From Podarcis gaigeae (lineage: Eukaryota), in assembly GCA_964106915.2 (NCBI GenBank), contig OZ066929.1: a DNA stretch of 64,000 nt, one strand, 5' to 3'. Numbering within the stretch: the first letter of the stretch is position 1; each line of letters begins with the position of its first letter. This document shows positions 48,458 to 60,062 of this stretch, piece by piece. Below the pieces are notes generated by a model. That model saw only the letters and a list, made by a program, of their open reading frames with translations. It was not told where the DNA came from and searched no databases. The position numbers were made by a program, and so were the translations under genes.

Positions 48458-49762
48458 GTTGAAATATATGTTGAGAGTGGGGTCTGTTTTGGCTGCATAA
48501 AATTGCAGATTGGGTCACGTACAATGCCAAACATGAGGGACCTTCCTGTTCATTGTTTGACACCAGGCTACAAATCCAGATTGGCTTGGCTTGATGGTTT
48601 GCTCATGAAATTCTTTCATGGCCCATCAAAGCACTTTATAAGACTCATGAACTGATTTCTCCTCTCCCCCAAGCAGTCAGAGGCCCAGAGTTCTTCCAAA
48701 TTGAGGCCTTCTGTCGCTTGTTTTAACCTCTCTTTCTACAACACTGAACTGCTCTAACCAAGTGGGATGGGAGGGGTGCAATCCAAGGCTTCATTCTGCG
48801 TCCATGAAACAGATTGTGATCGTGTAAAAGCATGATGGCATTCTAGCATAATTCCGATTCCAAGGTTCCTCTTGGATTCTGACCAGTATTTCTACTGCTA
48901 AGTCTGTTTTGAACTCCTCTTTATAGCATCAGGTTGAATGAGGAGGAAGAGAATTAAAACTATATCCCATCTCTTGCTCCTTGCCTGCGTTTATTTGGTA
49001 ATGTGACAAACCCATACATTTGTGCACAAGTGAAGCAATCTCTTTGCATTTATTCACTATGTTCCAGCCAATCACATCCCATTTTTAAGATTGTGCTCTT
49101 GCTAACATGTGTTGTAGAACACGGCACAATCAAAAAGGACCTGTGTAGCCCTTCCATGTAGTTTGATTAACTAATCAAAAACTGATTAGCACCTTTGTTC
49201 ATGGGGGATGCTGATTAATCAATTACTATTGATTGTAAGCATGGCTTTGTTCTCTGGCAAAGGGATGCCTAGAGAAGCAGCCAATAAAAATTGAGCACCT
49301 GTCATAGCGATTAAATTTATTAAAACAAAATACATTATTTTTTATGAAGCTATCTTGAAATGGGTCACTGAAGGGGAACATATTGATTGAGGAAGGATGA
49401 ACTTCTTGAATTTCGCTCACTTAAATTAGAGACCAAATTCAATTATAATGCAAGACAAACAGGTTAACACCAGCTTTAAATAGCCCATCAATAAATTAGA
49501 ATAGGTGCAGTACACTTAACGCTAAATTAGGGCAATGAATAATATTGTCTGTCCCTGGCTCTTCCAGGCCTTGGTTTTAACCTTTCTGGGTTATTATGGG
49601 CATAAACATGGCCTGCAATTCGCAGACAGAGGCACCAGCCCTTCTACCACTTTGCGTGGCATGTCCTTACACAGTGAATCCAATTCACTTGACCGGACCT
49701 GGGTGCCGTTTGAAGCTCTCACATGCCTGCTCAATATCACAGCCTCCTATGTCAGTGTAAGG

Positions 49763-49886
49763 CAGCCTTTCTCTGTGTGTCCCCAGATGTTGTTGAACTA
49801 CAACTCCCATCACCCCTAGCTAGCAAGACCAGAGCTCAGGGATGATTGGAGTTGTAGTCCAACAACTACCCACAGGTTGAGAACTG
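49763..49886. mobile_element. Palindromic hAT-like MITE
   Basis: gttgttgaactacaactcccatca...tgattggagttgtagtccaacaac inverted arms. Confidence 0.75.
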
Positions 49887-50240
49887 CAGGAGGCCTTCTC
49901 CAAATTTAATGGATTGGGCTGTGATTTAATGTGCATGTTTCCATAACTGTTAGTGCTGGAGAAACAAAAGCTTACTCCACACGCCCTTTCTCTTTGTGGC
50001 TTGTGCTGATCTCCACCCAAAACCCAGCTCCTTGTTGTGCACCTCCCATTCCTTTCAAAGGCGATTTGTGTTCTTGCAAAAAGCAAGTTGTGTTGCTCTG
50101 CTTGCAAATTAGCCAGAGATAGCTTTGCTGTATGGCTATTTACGCTGAATAATGAGGTTGAATAGCTAAATGCTGTGCCCTTTAGATATTGGGGGGGGGG
50201 GGTAATTATCTAGGGATTTTGGTAGGGTGGGCTCAGGATT

Positions 50241-50353
50241 ATCATAGAATTACAGAGTTGGTAGGAGCTCCAAGGATCATCTAGTCCAACTCCCTACAAT
50301 GCAAGAATATGCAGCATTCCCATATGGGGATCGAACTTCCAACCTTGGAGTTA
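50241..50353 (-). mobile_element. Short tRNA-head / CR1-tail SINE
   Basis: atcatagaattacagagttgg...catctagtccaac (reverse CR1 tail) joined to ggggatcgaactt (reverse B box). Confidence 0.6.
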
Positions 50354-51287
50354 CTACTTTATGATGTCCAAAGTGGGATTTCCAAGAGGAGTTCCCAGGG
50401 GAGACAAGTCCTCATAGGACATCTGTTCCAGCGTATCAGCCCTTATGGTCTGTGGTTTCACAGTTAAATTCAGTTCCAATATAGGCCAAAGCTGATGCCA
50501 AGGTCCTTGAACCAAAGCTTGATTTCCATGGCTTCCCTTACAAATTTTGAAATAAAACAGCTTCTCCACAGTGATGTCTAAAGATAAATCACCTGGCAGC
50601 ATTAAGCAAAGCATTTATAGATGCACACGGGTACGTGTACGTATGTGGTGGAATCATCATAGTATTAAAAATTCATTCCCCTTTAGAAATGGTGGAGCTG
50701 TTAAAACTTATGTAGGAGGGAGCCTTAAATCGAAATGTGCTGAAATTAACAGTCATGCTGAGCCCACACAGAAGAGATCTATCAGCCCTTTGGCTTTATA
50801 GCGAAAATGTGCACGGCAGAAAATTCAGGCTTGCTAGTATAGCATTGCCCTCCCCCTTTTGCAAATAGAGTGTTTTATTACCTTTGTCTACATAACTTAG
50901 TCACACACACACAAAAGTTAAACAAGGAGCAAGAAAACAAGACCCAGTGGAGCAAATGTGTTAAATCATAGCAATAAAGCATCCTGTGTCTGGAGTTCCT
51001 TAAGTACTTTTCTTATATTGTGCCCCAGGTATTAAAAAAACAGAAGCTTCAATGTATTGAGTACCCTGCTGCCAGAGCTATAGCAGCCCACAAAGAAGGA
51101 AGTTGAAAATGATTGAAAAGTTAAGAGTTCAGAGGAAGGCTTTGACCCAGCTGCTGAGCTCAACAGCTGCCTGCCCATCTAGCCTGTGTTTTCTAACTTG
51201 TGCATGAATGATCTAGACTTGGGTGAGCAGGGAGGTAGCCAAGTTTTACTGGTGATTGTTCAGGGGGGCAAAAACAAAAAGGGATTT

Positions 51288-52147
51288 TGAGGAGATCCAA
51301 AAGGATCTCTCCAAAGCGGGTCAATGGACAGTAAAATAGCAATTGCTCTTCAGTTCAAGTAAGTCTAAAGTGAGGCAGAAAATACCCTAATTTCACACAT
51401 ATGCTCACGGGCTCTGAATTGGCCCTGACTGACTAGGAATGAGACATTGGGGTCATAGTTGATAGCTGTTGGCTGCTGTGAAAAGGGTGACTTCCATGTT
51501 AGGGATCATTAGGAAAGGAATTGAAAATAAAACTGCTGGTATCATAATGCTATTCTACAAATATGTGGTGCACCCGTGCTTGGAATGCTATGTACAGTTC
51601 TGGTTGCCACTCCTGAGAAAGGATATTGAAGAGCTGGAAGAGGCTCAGGAAAGGACAGCAAAAATGATAACTGGAATGAAGCAACTCCCCTTTGAGGAAA
51701 GCTTACAACATTTGGGGCTTTTTAGTGTAGAGAAAAGGCAAGCTAGAGGCGTGTATGATGATGCAGGGCATGGCAAAATTGGATTTCATGATACTTTATC
51801 CAATGAAACTGGATGGTGGAAGATTCTGGACAGACATTAGAAAGTACTTATTTAGACAGCACATCGTTAAAATGTAGAATTAGCTTCAACCAGATATAGT
51901 GACAGCTTTAAAAGAAGACATTGAGGATAGAACTATCAATGGCTATTAGCTGCAGTGGCTAAGTTCTCTGTCCAGTGTTGGCTGTAATGGGCTTCTGAAT
52001 ACCACTTGGTGAGAATCACAGATGAGACGAGTGATGCTGCATTCAGGTCCTGCTCTGTGGGCTTCCCACAAACATGTGGTTGGCTGTTGTGAGAATAGGA
52101 TGCTGCACTAGATAGATGCGGTCCAACAGGGCTCTTGTATGCTTATC
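51288..52147 (+). mobile_element. CR1 LINE, ORF2 C-terminus plus 3'UTR, degenerate
   Basis: ORF 51469..51840 MLGIIRKGIENKT..IIM..YK..V.P.LE..VQFW.P.L.KDI.ELE..Q.R..KMI is the typical CR1 RT C-terminal region. 3' end ggtccaacagggctcttgtatgcttat. Confidence 0.9.
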
Positions 52148-53306
52148 CCACCACAATAAATACCCATTTCAGAAAGCGCTGGCTCTCTGAGGCCCATGTT
52201 CGATCCGCATGCTTTCGACTCCAGAGGGAACAAGAGCATTGAAACTTCATGTTGCATGACCCCCGCCAAGCCTGAAGCTTCCTTGGGAAGCACTTTGCGT
52301 AATGGCTACTCTAGTCCTGTTCCCAAGGAAGATGCAAGTGTGAGGTTGTTCTCCATAATAGGCCATTAAAGCCCGCCCCAAAGCTTCATTCGCTCTCTAT
52401 TTTTTTGTATGTTATGTAATATTTTTATTTAGGTCAAGTCCCAGTCAGGCAGATTTGATGCGTATCTTAACAAAGTTGACATATAATCTGTTAGGATGTC
52501 TGCATCATTTGGAGCGTGCATAGGTAACTTCAAAACAGTTTGTTCTAAGCATCAAGTGTCTCTTTTACGCAGGGTAATTGCCAGAATTCTATTTGCTAAA
52601 ATATTGGGAAACCAAGTAAAATTGCATGGCTAAATAAGATTAGGAACAGCTAATTTTCATTTAACTGCTTTTCAAATATCAACACTTACATCAGACCTGG
52701 AGATCTGATTTTACACATCACACATGAATAAACTGTCAATGTCCCAAGTCAAATCAATACGCTATGAATTTATGGTGAATGTTGCTTCCTTCTGTAGATA
52801 TTTGGGGATGTATGAATTCTCTTGTTTAATTGAAGTGCCATTTAGTTTTAATGTTTTTTTCCCTCTCTCTCTCTCTCTCTGAAAGCCTAACATCCTGTCA
52901 ATCCACATTTTTTGAGAATGCCAGGCTTGTGTTGGGCTCTCATTGGCAAGAGATGAATTCACTTATTTGAAGCATTTCTAGAGCAAATATAAAAGCAGCA
53001 GATAGGGTGCAAGTGTTTAAGGCAGGAATTTGCAAACTCCGTTGCAGTGAGTCAAACTCAAAGCACTCCTCTCATAGCAGCCAGTCAGGCCCACAAGCAG
53101 GACATGAGCACAGCAACACTCGCCCCACTTGTGATTTCCAGGAAGTGGTTTTCAGAGGTGCATTGCTCCAACAGTGCAGGTAGCACTTCTGCAGTTGTGC
53201 TATTGCAATGGGGGCGGGGGGGATTCTCTTTTGAAGAGCAGCAGCTCTGAGTCTTGTTGCCAACACTGTACAGGCACTTCTGCTGGTATCATGACCACTT
53301 GCAGTA

Positions 53307-53529
53307 CAGTGGTACCTCGGGTTACATACGCTTCAGGTTACATCCGTTAATCCAGAAATATTGCTTCAGGTTAAGAACTTTGCTTCAGGATGAGAACAGA
53401 AATTATGCTCCAGCCGTGCGGCAGCAGCAGGACACCCCATTAGCTAAAGTGGTGCTTCAGCTTAAGAACAGTTTCAGGTTAAGTATGGACCTCCGGAACG
53501 AATTAAGTACTTAACCCGAGGTACCACTG
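53307..53529. mobile_element. Tc1/mariner-superfamily (Tigger/pogo-like) MITE
   Basis: Perfect 18-bp TIRs cagtggtacctcgggtta / taacccgaggtaccactg with TA on both sides; internal gcttcaggttaag repeats. Confidence 0.92.
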
Positions 53530-56500
53530 TACTGGCCAGTGTTCAGACTACAGCAGCAAAGGTAGGGGGTCTCAGTGAAATCTACATCCCCCCCACCCAC
53601 CCAATGCCCATTCATTCTAGCCAAATCATTCCCAGCCTAGTAGATCTTTTTTAAAAAAACAAAACAGTGCAGTTACAGGATCTTCAGAACAGTTATGGGG
53701 CGAGTGAGCCTGCTCTGCCCCCTGTAATTTGAGCACCTGTACTACTTGACCCTGTGCATTTGGGAGCCAGCCTGTTTCCGCAGTTCCATTTCTCCTTCGC
53801 CCACCTTTCCGGAGGCTCCTTGGAGGAAAGGCCGGCGAGCCCCAATGTATATTAACATCTTAATGGAAAAGCTGTACATGTATATACGTTTACTGCTCTC
53901 TCTGACAAGAGGGAATTACATGTCAGAAGGATTTGTAGCATCTGTAATTGAATTGCTGCTGAGAAAAGCAAATCTTAAGGAAGAATAACACATTAGGATT
54001 AGCAAATAATGTGGCGTTTTGTCAGAGCCTGCCATCTAGCTTGTCCCTCTTCAGTACTGTACCGGTGACTCTCTCCCCCCCCCCCCCCCGCTTCACTCTT
54101 TAACTAAAGAGACAATGTTAACTGGGGCAACCATTTCAGCTGACACATACTTTTAAGGTCAATATTTGTTTGCAAAGCAAATCCATCACACACCCCACCC
54201 CCACCACTGGTTCTGGCACAGGTCGATAGTCAATGACACACACACACACACACATATTGCATACGCACACACAAACACATGATGGGCTGAGTTGGTGCAT
54301 GCTTTAACATCTAATGGTCACTGTGAGTTTGTTTTTACAATTAGCCGTTAACTTTGCATGTAGAATTTCTACAAAGCAAAAAGATTATCTCAGCCAGCAG
54401 AGAACTCTGCACTATGCCGTCCTTTGCATATCTCTTAATTTCATGTCCTGCTTCACATGTGTTATTTCTGCGGGGCTGCTGTACGTCTGGGTTTGTAGAT
54501 TGTAACTTTTTAAATTGCCAGCTTGATAAGCAGATAAATCTCTATTTCAGCTGGGGATACTTTTTTTTTTTTTTTGCACTTGGAAGACTTCAAAGGAAAA
54601 GTGTTACATAAAGAAGTGAAAACGCCTGATCTAATATCTTGTGACACTTTGAAATAAAAAAAAAAAATTGATTTGCTTCCAGAAGCATCTAAAAATAGCA
54701 AGGCTCATTCCAGTATTGCACCCCAGCCAGCAGAGACCACCAGCTGGTAGCACAGTGTGTTTTTTTGTGGGTTGTTTTTTTTAACTTTTCAGAAATCACT
54801 CGGGTATACGAAGTCAAATCTAATCTTTGCATTTTCCTTCTTTCTTTTTTTAAAAAATCTAAATCGCAAACATAAAATGTCCCTGAGGCTTTTGCTTTTC
54901 TTCTAAAAATGGATAACCAACCAAAATGTGCTTAGAGACTGCAGGGAAGTAGAAGTCTAAGAAGAGAGGCAAGGTGGGTGCTTTTCTGCAGATGTGGCAT
55001 CTCTTCTCCAGCTTCCAGGGCCCAAGAGAGGTGGTTTGCGGAAGAGAATGTGGGAGCACCACTAAAGAATCAGACAACTGGACAACTTCTGTTTGCAACA
55101 AAGTTTTTCTGCAGTATGAATCTCCCACCATTAAGGTCAACAAGCCATAGTCCACCACCTCTGCTATATACGTAGATTGAGTTTTCCTGCTCTCCTTTAA
55201 TTACAGGAGATCTAAGAGTGCCTTTGAACAGTCTGAAAAAAGCAAGCAAATGACAGAGTGGCCTGTGGATGAGACCAGAGCTGGAATTGGTATCAGAGCC
55301 TTGTGCCCTTCAAAGAGTGAAGAAGTCTTCTGTCTTCAGGGCAGAGACTGTTGCAAAGGCACAAGTAAGGGGTCGATGTCCTGGGATCCTTCCCTAGGAT
55401 GCAGTGCAGAAGTGGGGGCATTCAGACTGAAATGAAACTGAAATATTGATCAATGTTAGCAAGCTTTCCGTAGAATAACACCTGCAAACTGACTTGAAAA
55501 GGAATGACTCCCCTCGTTTGATGATCTAATAGAGGAATGGGCTTGTTATCCTTTAAGGTGAGGAAGGCACTCTTGACTGTCTTCCACAGGTGCAATGCTC
55601 ATTGGCTTGCAAGCACCGAGCATCCTCTACACACTGTAGTTAATTTTTAATTAACATGTACCCTCAAAGACGGGATACTTAGCCATGCACAAAATAAAAT
55701 AAACTCGGAGCATGCACTCTGCAAAGCTTCTGTTTTTGTAGAAATAATTAAGAAAAATGTGAGTGCAGATCCCAGCGGAAGGAATCACATTTAATAAACT
55801 CGGCTGGCCAAAAGCGTGTGGTAAGCGGCACACAGGCTTCTTTGGGGAAGAACAGGCTAGATGAGGAGCTACTGCTGTTGACTTAATTGCAAATTGAACA
55901 GCAGCCACGAGAGCTTGGCAAGTGAGTGACATTGACACAATATTTCAGTTGGTCTGTTGCGGGACAGATGCTCAACTGGCGTAAATCAACCGAATGCCAG
56001 AAACTGTCACTTCAGCTGCGCCGGGTGTATATCAGCTGCGGTGCCCGTAGTTTTGTTGTTCTTTCCCCCCATGTGTGTCCCATCTGCAGTGGATAACCTT
56101 GGCAGAAAAGGGTGTATTCTCTCCAGGCACTGTGCAAAGAGCCTTGTATTGTTTCCTCTAACATCACTCAAGATCATCCTAATGTCAGAAGGGTCTCTAA
56201 ACAATGCTTCCATGCATTCTGTAGAGGGCTTTGGAATTGGTGGGAGCAACCACAGAAATAAAAGCCCTTTAAGGTTGGGGACATAGACCTATTGAGAGAC
56301 CTGCTACTTCCCAGCTGGCAGGTCAGGGGTTGATTTTTGCCTGTGTGCTCCTCCCTCTGCCCTGCTTGTACCATTTCCCAGGAAATTTTGGTGAATCCAC
56401 CTGAAAATCCATGGGGACAGGACAGGTGGAACCAGCTCTTACCAGAATGTGATAGCATCTTAGACGGACTTAGACCTTCCCATGGTAGCTCAGTAGCATA

Positions 56501-58810
56501 AAACAGCTATGACAAGATGCTGCCAACTGAGTCAAGCTGTGATCACAGAGACACTGGGAATGTGATTGTTGATCAAGCAACATGATAAGCCCATTAATTG
56601 TGGGAAGCATTAAAATATCTTTCTCATTTAAATATTCATGCGCAAATTTTTAAAATAAATGTTTCCTTACTCCGGATCCTGGTATTATGGAAGAACTGCA
56701 TTTTCCCTTGTGATCTGAAGCTATTTGGCCATTTGGGATTTGTTCATTCTCCTCCTTGAGAAACTTGTTCTTAAGAGCTGTCCTACTGAGGCAAATTTTT
56801 ACCGCTCTGCTTCTGGGCCACATTTCGACCCTGCATAAACACTGCTCCCCCGGAAACGAGAGATAATCTGGAGCATCCTCTTCTTACTGTATATTAAGAG
56901 ATGCCTTATGCAGCGTATCTGCCATTTGCAGGAGATGGTCGTGCAAACTACTTTGCATCCTCTCCATGATTCGCCTTTTGGGCTTCCCTGGGGAATGGAG
57001 TCTTGGGACCTTAGTTAAACGTCCGGCAGGCAAGTAACGCAAGAGCTGTCCCCAAAGCATGTCCGCTTAGCTGTGGGAGAAACTCGTAATGCAGAGCTGA
57101 ACTCATAGGGTGCATTGCCAAAGAGCACTTTTACCTTGCTCCCAGCAAAGCAGTGGTTGTGGTTGTGGTCCTGTTTTGTGCGGACTTGCAAGCTTGCCAG
57201 ATGCTCATCCTCCGTCGACAGTGCACAGGGCCCTTGAGTTGCACGGTAACCGTGTGTGGTGGACTGCTGCTGACCTTAGCCCACTTCTCGATGCCCCGAC
57301 GTGAACCTCGGTTTTTCCTCTTTGCGGTTTGAAAGGTGGCGGCAGCGGCGGCAGCAGTGAGGACCGCTCTGAAGGACCCTTCTCCTAATTGAAACTGTTT
57401 TTAATTAAAGCGTTTTACAGCGCTCTCAGTCACGAGTTATTTACTTACATCCTTTGGTGCTTAATCTTGGAGCAGAATTGGAAATATCAATGGGAAGCAT
57501 AAATTCCCAGCCCCTGCTGCAAGCATTGTATCAGGTCTCGCCTCCAAAGAGCACCATTACCTTTAGCTGTCACGGATCTGTACACTTGATCGATAAACTT
57601 CAAATATTATTAGAGGTGGAGGCTTCAGAGATTGACTCTGTTCTTTGGAGAGAGGCTGAGATAAATCTTTCTTAAAAAATTGACTGGAATTTGCACACTC
57701 GCTCTTCCTGGTGAAACGCATTTCTCTTAGGTGCCTGGGCAGCTGCAGGGGGTGGAGGGGCAGATTTATGGGCTGTATGCTTCTTGTAGTGAAAGATTTA
57801 AATGGTAAATCCTTCACATATGACTTCACAAATCATGTAAAGTTAAAAGAATTTTACCGTTTCTGTTGCTGCTGCTGTGCTTAAATTGTAAGGGATGGCC
57901 AGTAAATCATTTTAATGGAGGTGTCACAGTTGAACTCAATAAAAAAGGGGGGGCGGCGACAATGGTTTTAGCTTCCATTCCAAAATGTTAATGTATTAAT
58001 CAACGAGAGAATAATTGTTTTTTACTACATTATAAATCTCGGTTGCCATTGGAATTGCAGCCAGGGCTGTTGTAGCTGCATTCTTAAATTAAAATTGTTT
58101 ACATTGCTATACATTAATTTTACACAGCCATCGCTCATTCTGGGTTCGTTGTGGGATTTCTCCCCAGCCGTGCAAGTCCTTCCTCTCCAGGTGGAGAGAG
58201 GGAGCAGCAGCTTATAAAAACAAATTAATTGTGTGGCAAGTTGTTAAATAAATAAAATAAAGAAGCATGTCATGATTGCTTGCTATCTTCATTTCAGAGA
58301 AATCCACAGAAATTGAAATTATCAGGCTAGGTTTCGGACGTGTTTTCTCCTTGAGTCAGACAGCAATTTGAGAACAGGGTCCCTTTTTTCTTTCAATCCT
58401 TTTTTTTTTTTTTTTGCATGCACAGTTTGGCTGTGTAAATGGTTATTTGAGATGACATCATCTGGGTTAAGTGCTGGGGACATCAGCGTGGAAGTTTTTG
58501 CAACAACAACAAAAACGATTCAGGGCTCCATGTGCTTCCTTCCTCTCCCCTTGCCCCAGCTTTGCCCATCTTGACTTGCCCACTGCATTTGGAAATGTCT
58601 CTTATTGCTGCTCTTGGTGAGCCGACTAGGCTGAGTTGCTTGTTCTTCTGCCTGAGCTGACTTGCCTGGGTACTCCTATTTTTCCCCCTTGTTAAAAAAC
58701 AAAAAAAACAAAAAGCCACACACACTCACATAAAGTGGAGGAGGGTTGCCCTGATTTGCAAGTGGCCATTATTACGGATATTAATACTTACTGTTTTCTA
58801 ATTGTGGCAG

Positions 58811-58942
58811 ATTCTCGAGCAGGTGAGGAAAGTGCCATCACCGCTGTGGACCATGCCGTGATCGGTGGAGTCGTGGCTGTGGTGGTCTTTGCGATGCTCT
58901 GTCTCCTTATCATTCTGGGACGATACTTTGCAAGACACAAAG
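58811..58942 (+). CDS. CADM1: CADM1 exon 11, transmembrane exon
   Basis: Acceptor ttgtggcAG|AT, donor AAAG|GTaaat, 132 nt. (D)[43 protein letters not shown](G) includes the [12 protein letters not shown] transmembrane motif. Confidence 0.98.
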
Positions 58943-59737
58943 GTAAATCGGCAAGGGTAGGGCTTAACTGAACTCCCCCACCCACCCTACAAAAATGGAG
59001 AGGAGGAGTCTATATGCACCTCACAGCCATTACCTGTTTAGAGTTTTGCATGCGAGAGAACGAGCCGCTTGGTCCTGTTTTCAGCTCCTGCTTTCCCTAA
59101 TCTGTCACTTGGCTGCCGTTTTTTAAAAGGTGGCTCTTCCTGAGAAAGTCCAGCCATACAGGTATCGCACAAGTTCAAATCAGAGTGAGGAACCAGGAAT
59201 CAGTGCTCTCATTCTCTGTATGGGATTGTCAGGAAGCCCAGGCAGATGACTTCACAAAGTTCAGAAGAAGGAGGCAGTGCCCTCACTCTGATTTGAACAT
59301 GTTGTGCATTTGTTCCTTAGGAGTTCCTATGAATGTTCATGGGTGTTCGTTTCATGTGGACTAATTTTTTTTTTTGCAAGATATACCCTTGTTTTAGCTC
59401 GACAGGGGCTGTCTGCAACAGGAGTGGGACCCAGGTTCCAATTCTGATCCATGTCATTCTTTTTTAAATGCAAGAAATACATAGAGTTACCAAACTGGAC
59501 ATCCAAGTGTTACTTCTCTAGCAAAATGAAAATTTGAGAGCATTTGGAGGGCTATTGGATATGGAGAGGAGAGGACAACCCTCCGCCTATGGCAAACATG
59601 CACCTTTCAAAGGCACAAAGGACCCTTTGCAATTGATGGGATTTGCAAGTATCCAATTCCATAACCTGTTATGCTTTGATGCTTATTGCAGTTATCCCAG
59701 TTTGCCATCCTTCAGCGGCAGGGTGCATGGATACAGA

Positions 59738-59860
59738 GGGCTCTTAAAACAGTGGCAGGGCACATGCTCTGCATGCAAGAGATTCTGGATCCAATGCTCA
59801 GCATTTAAAGGGAACAGGCAGCAGTTTGGGGAAGAGACCTCTGCCTGGTGCTCTGCTGCC
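59738..59860 (+). mobile_element. Degenerate Squam2-like SINE in last intron
   Basis: cagtggcagggcacatgctctgcatgcaagagattctggatccaatgctcagcat...gggaagagacctctgcctg. Confidence 0.45.
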
Positions 59861-59943
59861 TACAAGTATATGCAATGCAGATAGTTGGTGCCACCACCAT
59901 GGAACCCCTGTCTCAGCCCCTGCGGTTGCTCCTCTCTTTGCAG

Positions 59944-60062
59944 GTACATACTTCACTCACGAAGCCAAAGGAGCTGACGATGCGGCCGACGCAGACACAG
60001 CTATAATCAATGCAGAGGGAGGACAGAACAACTCTGAAGAGAAGAAAGAGTACTTCATCTAG
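59944..60062 (+). CDS. CADM1: CADM1 terminal coding exon 12, cytoplasmic tail
   Basis: Acceptor cctctctttgcAG|GT. (G)[41 protein letters not shown] at 60060-60062. Completes the protein 4.1-binding motif RHKGTYFTHE and ends in the class II PDZ ligand EYFI. Confidence 0.98.

Noticed and set aside
51469-51840. ORF as a host gene
   Set aside because: It is a decayed CR1 ORF2 fragment with stops and deletions on both sides.
53325-53500. Repeated gcttcaggttaag units as a CRISPR-like array
   Set aside because: Irregular internal repeats of a MITE in a vertebrate intron; no cas genes or regular spacers.
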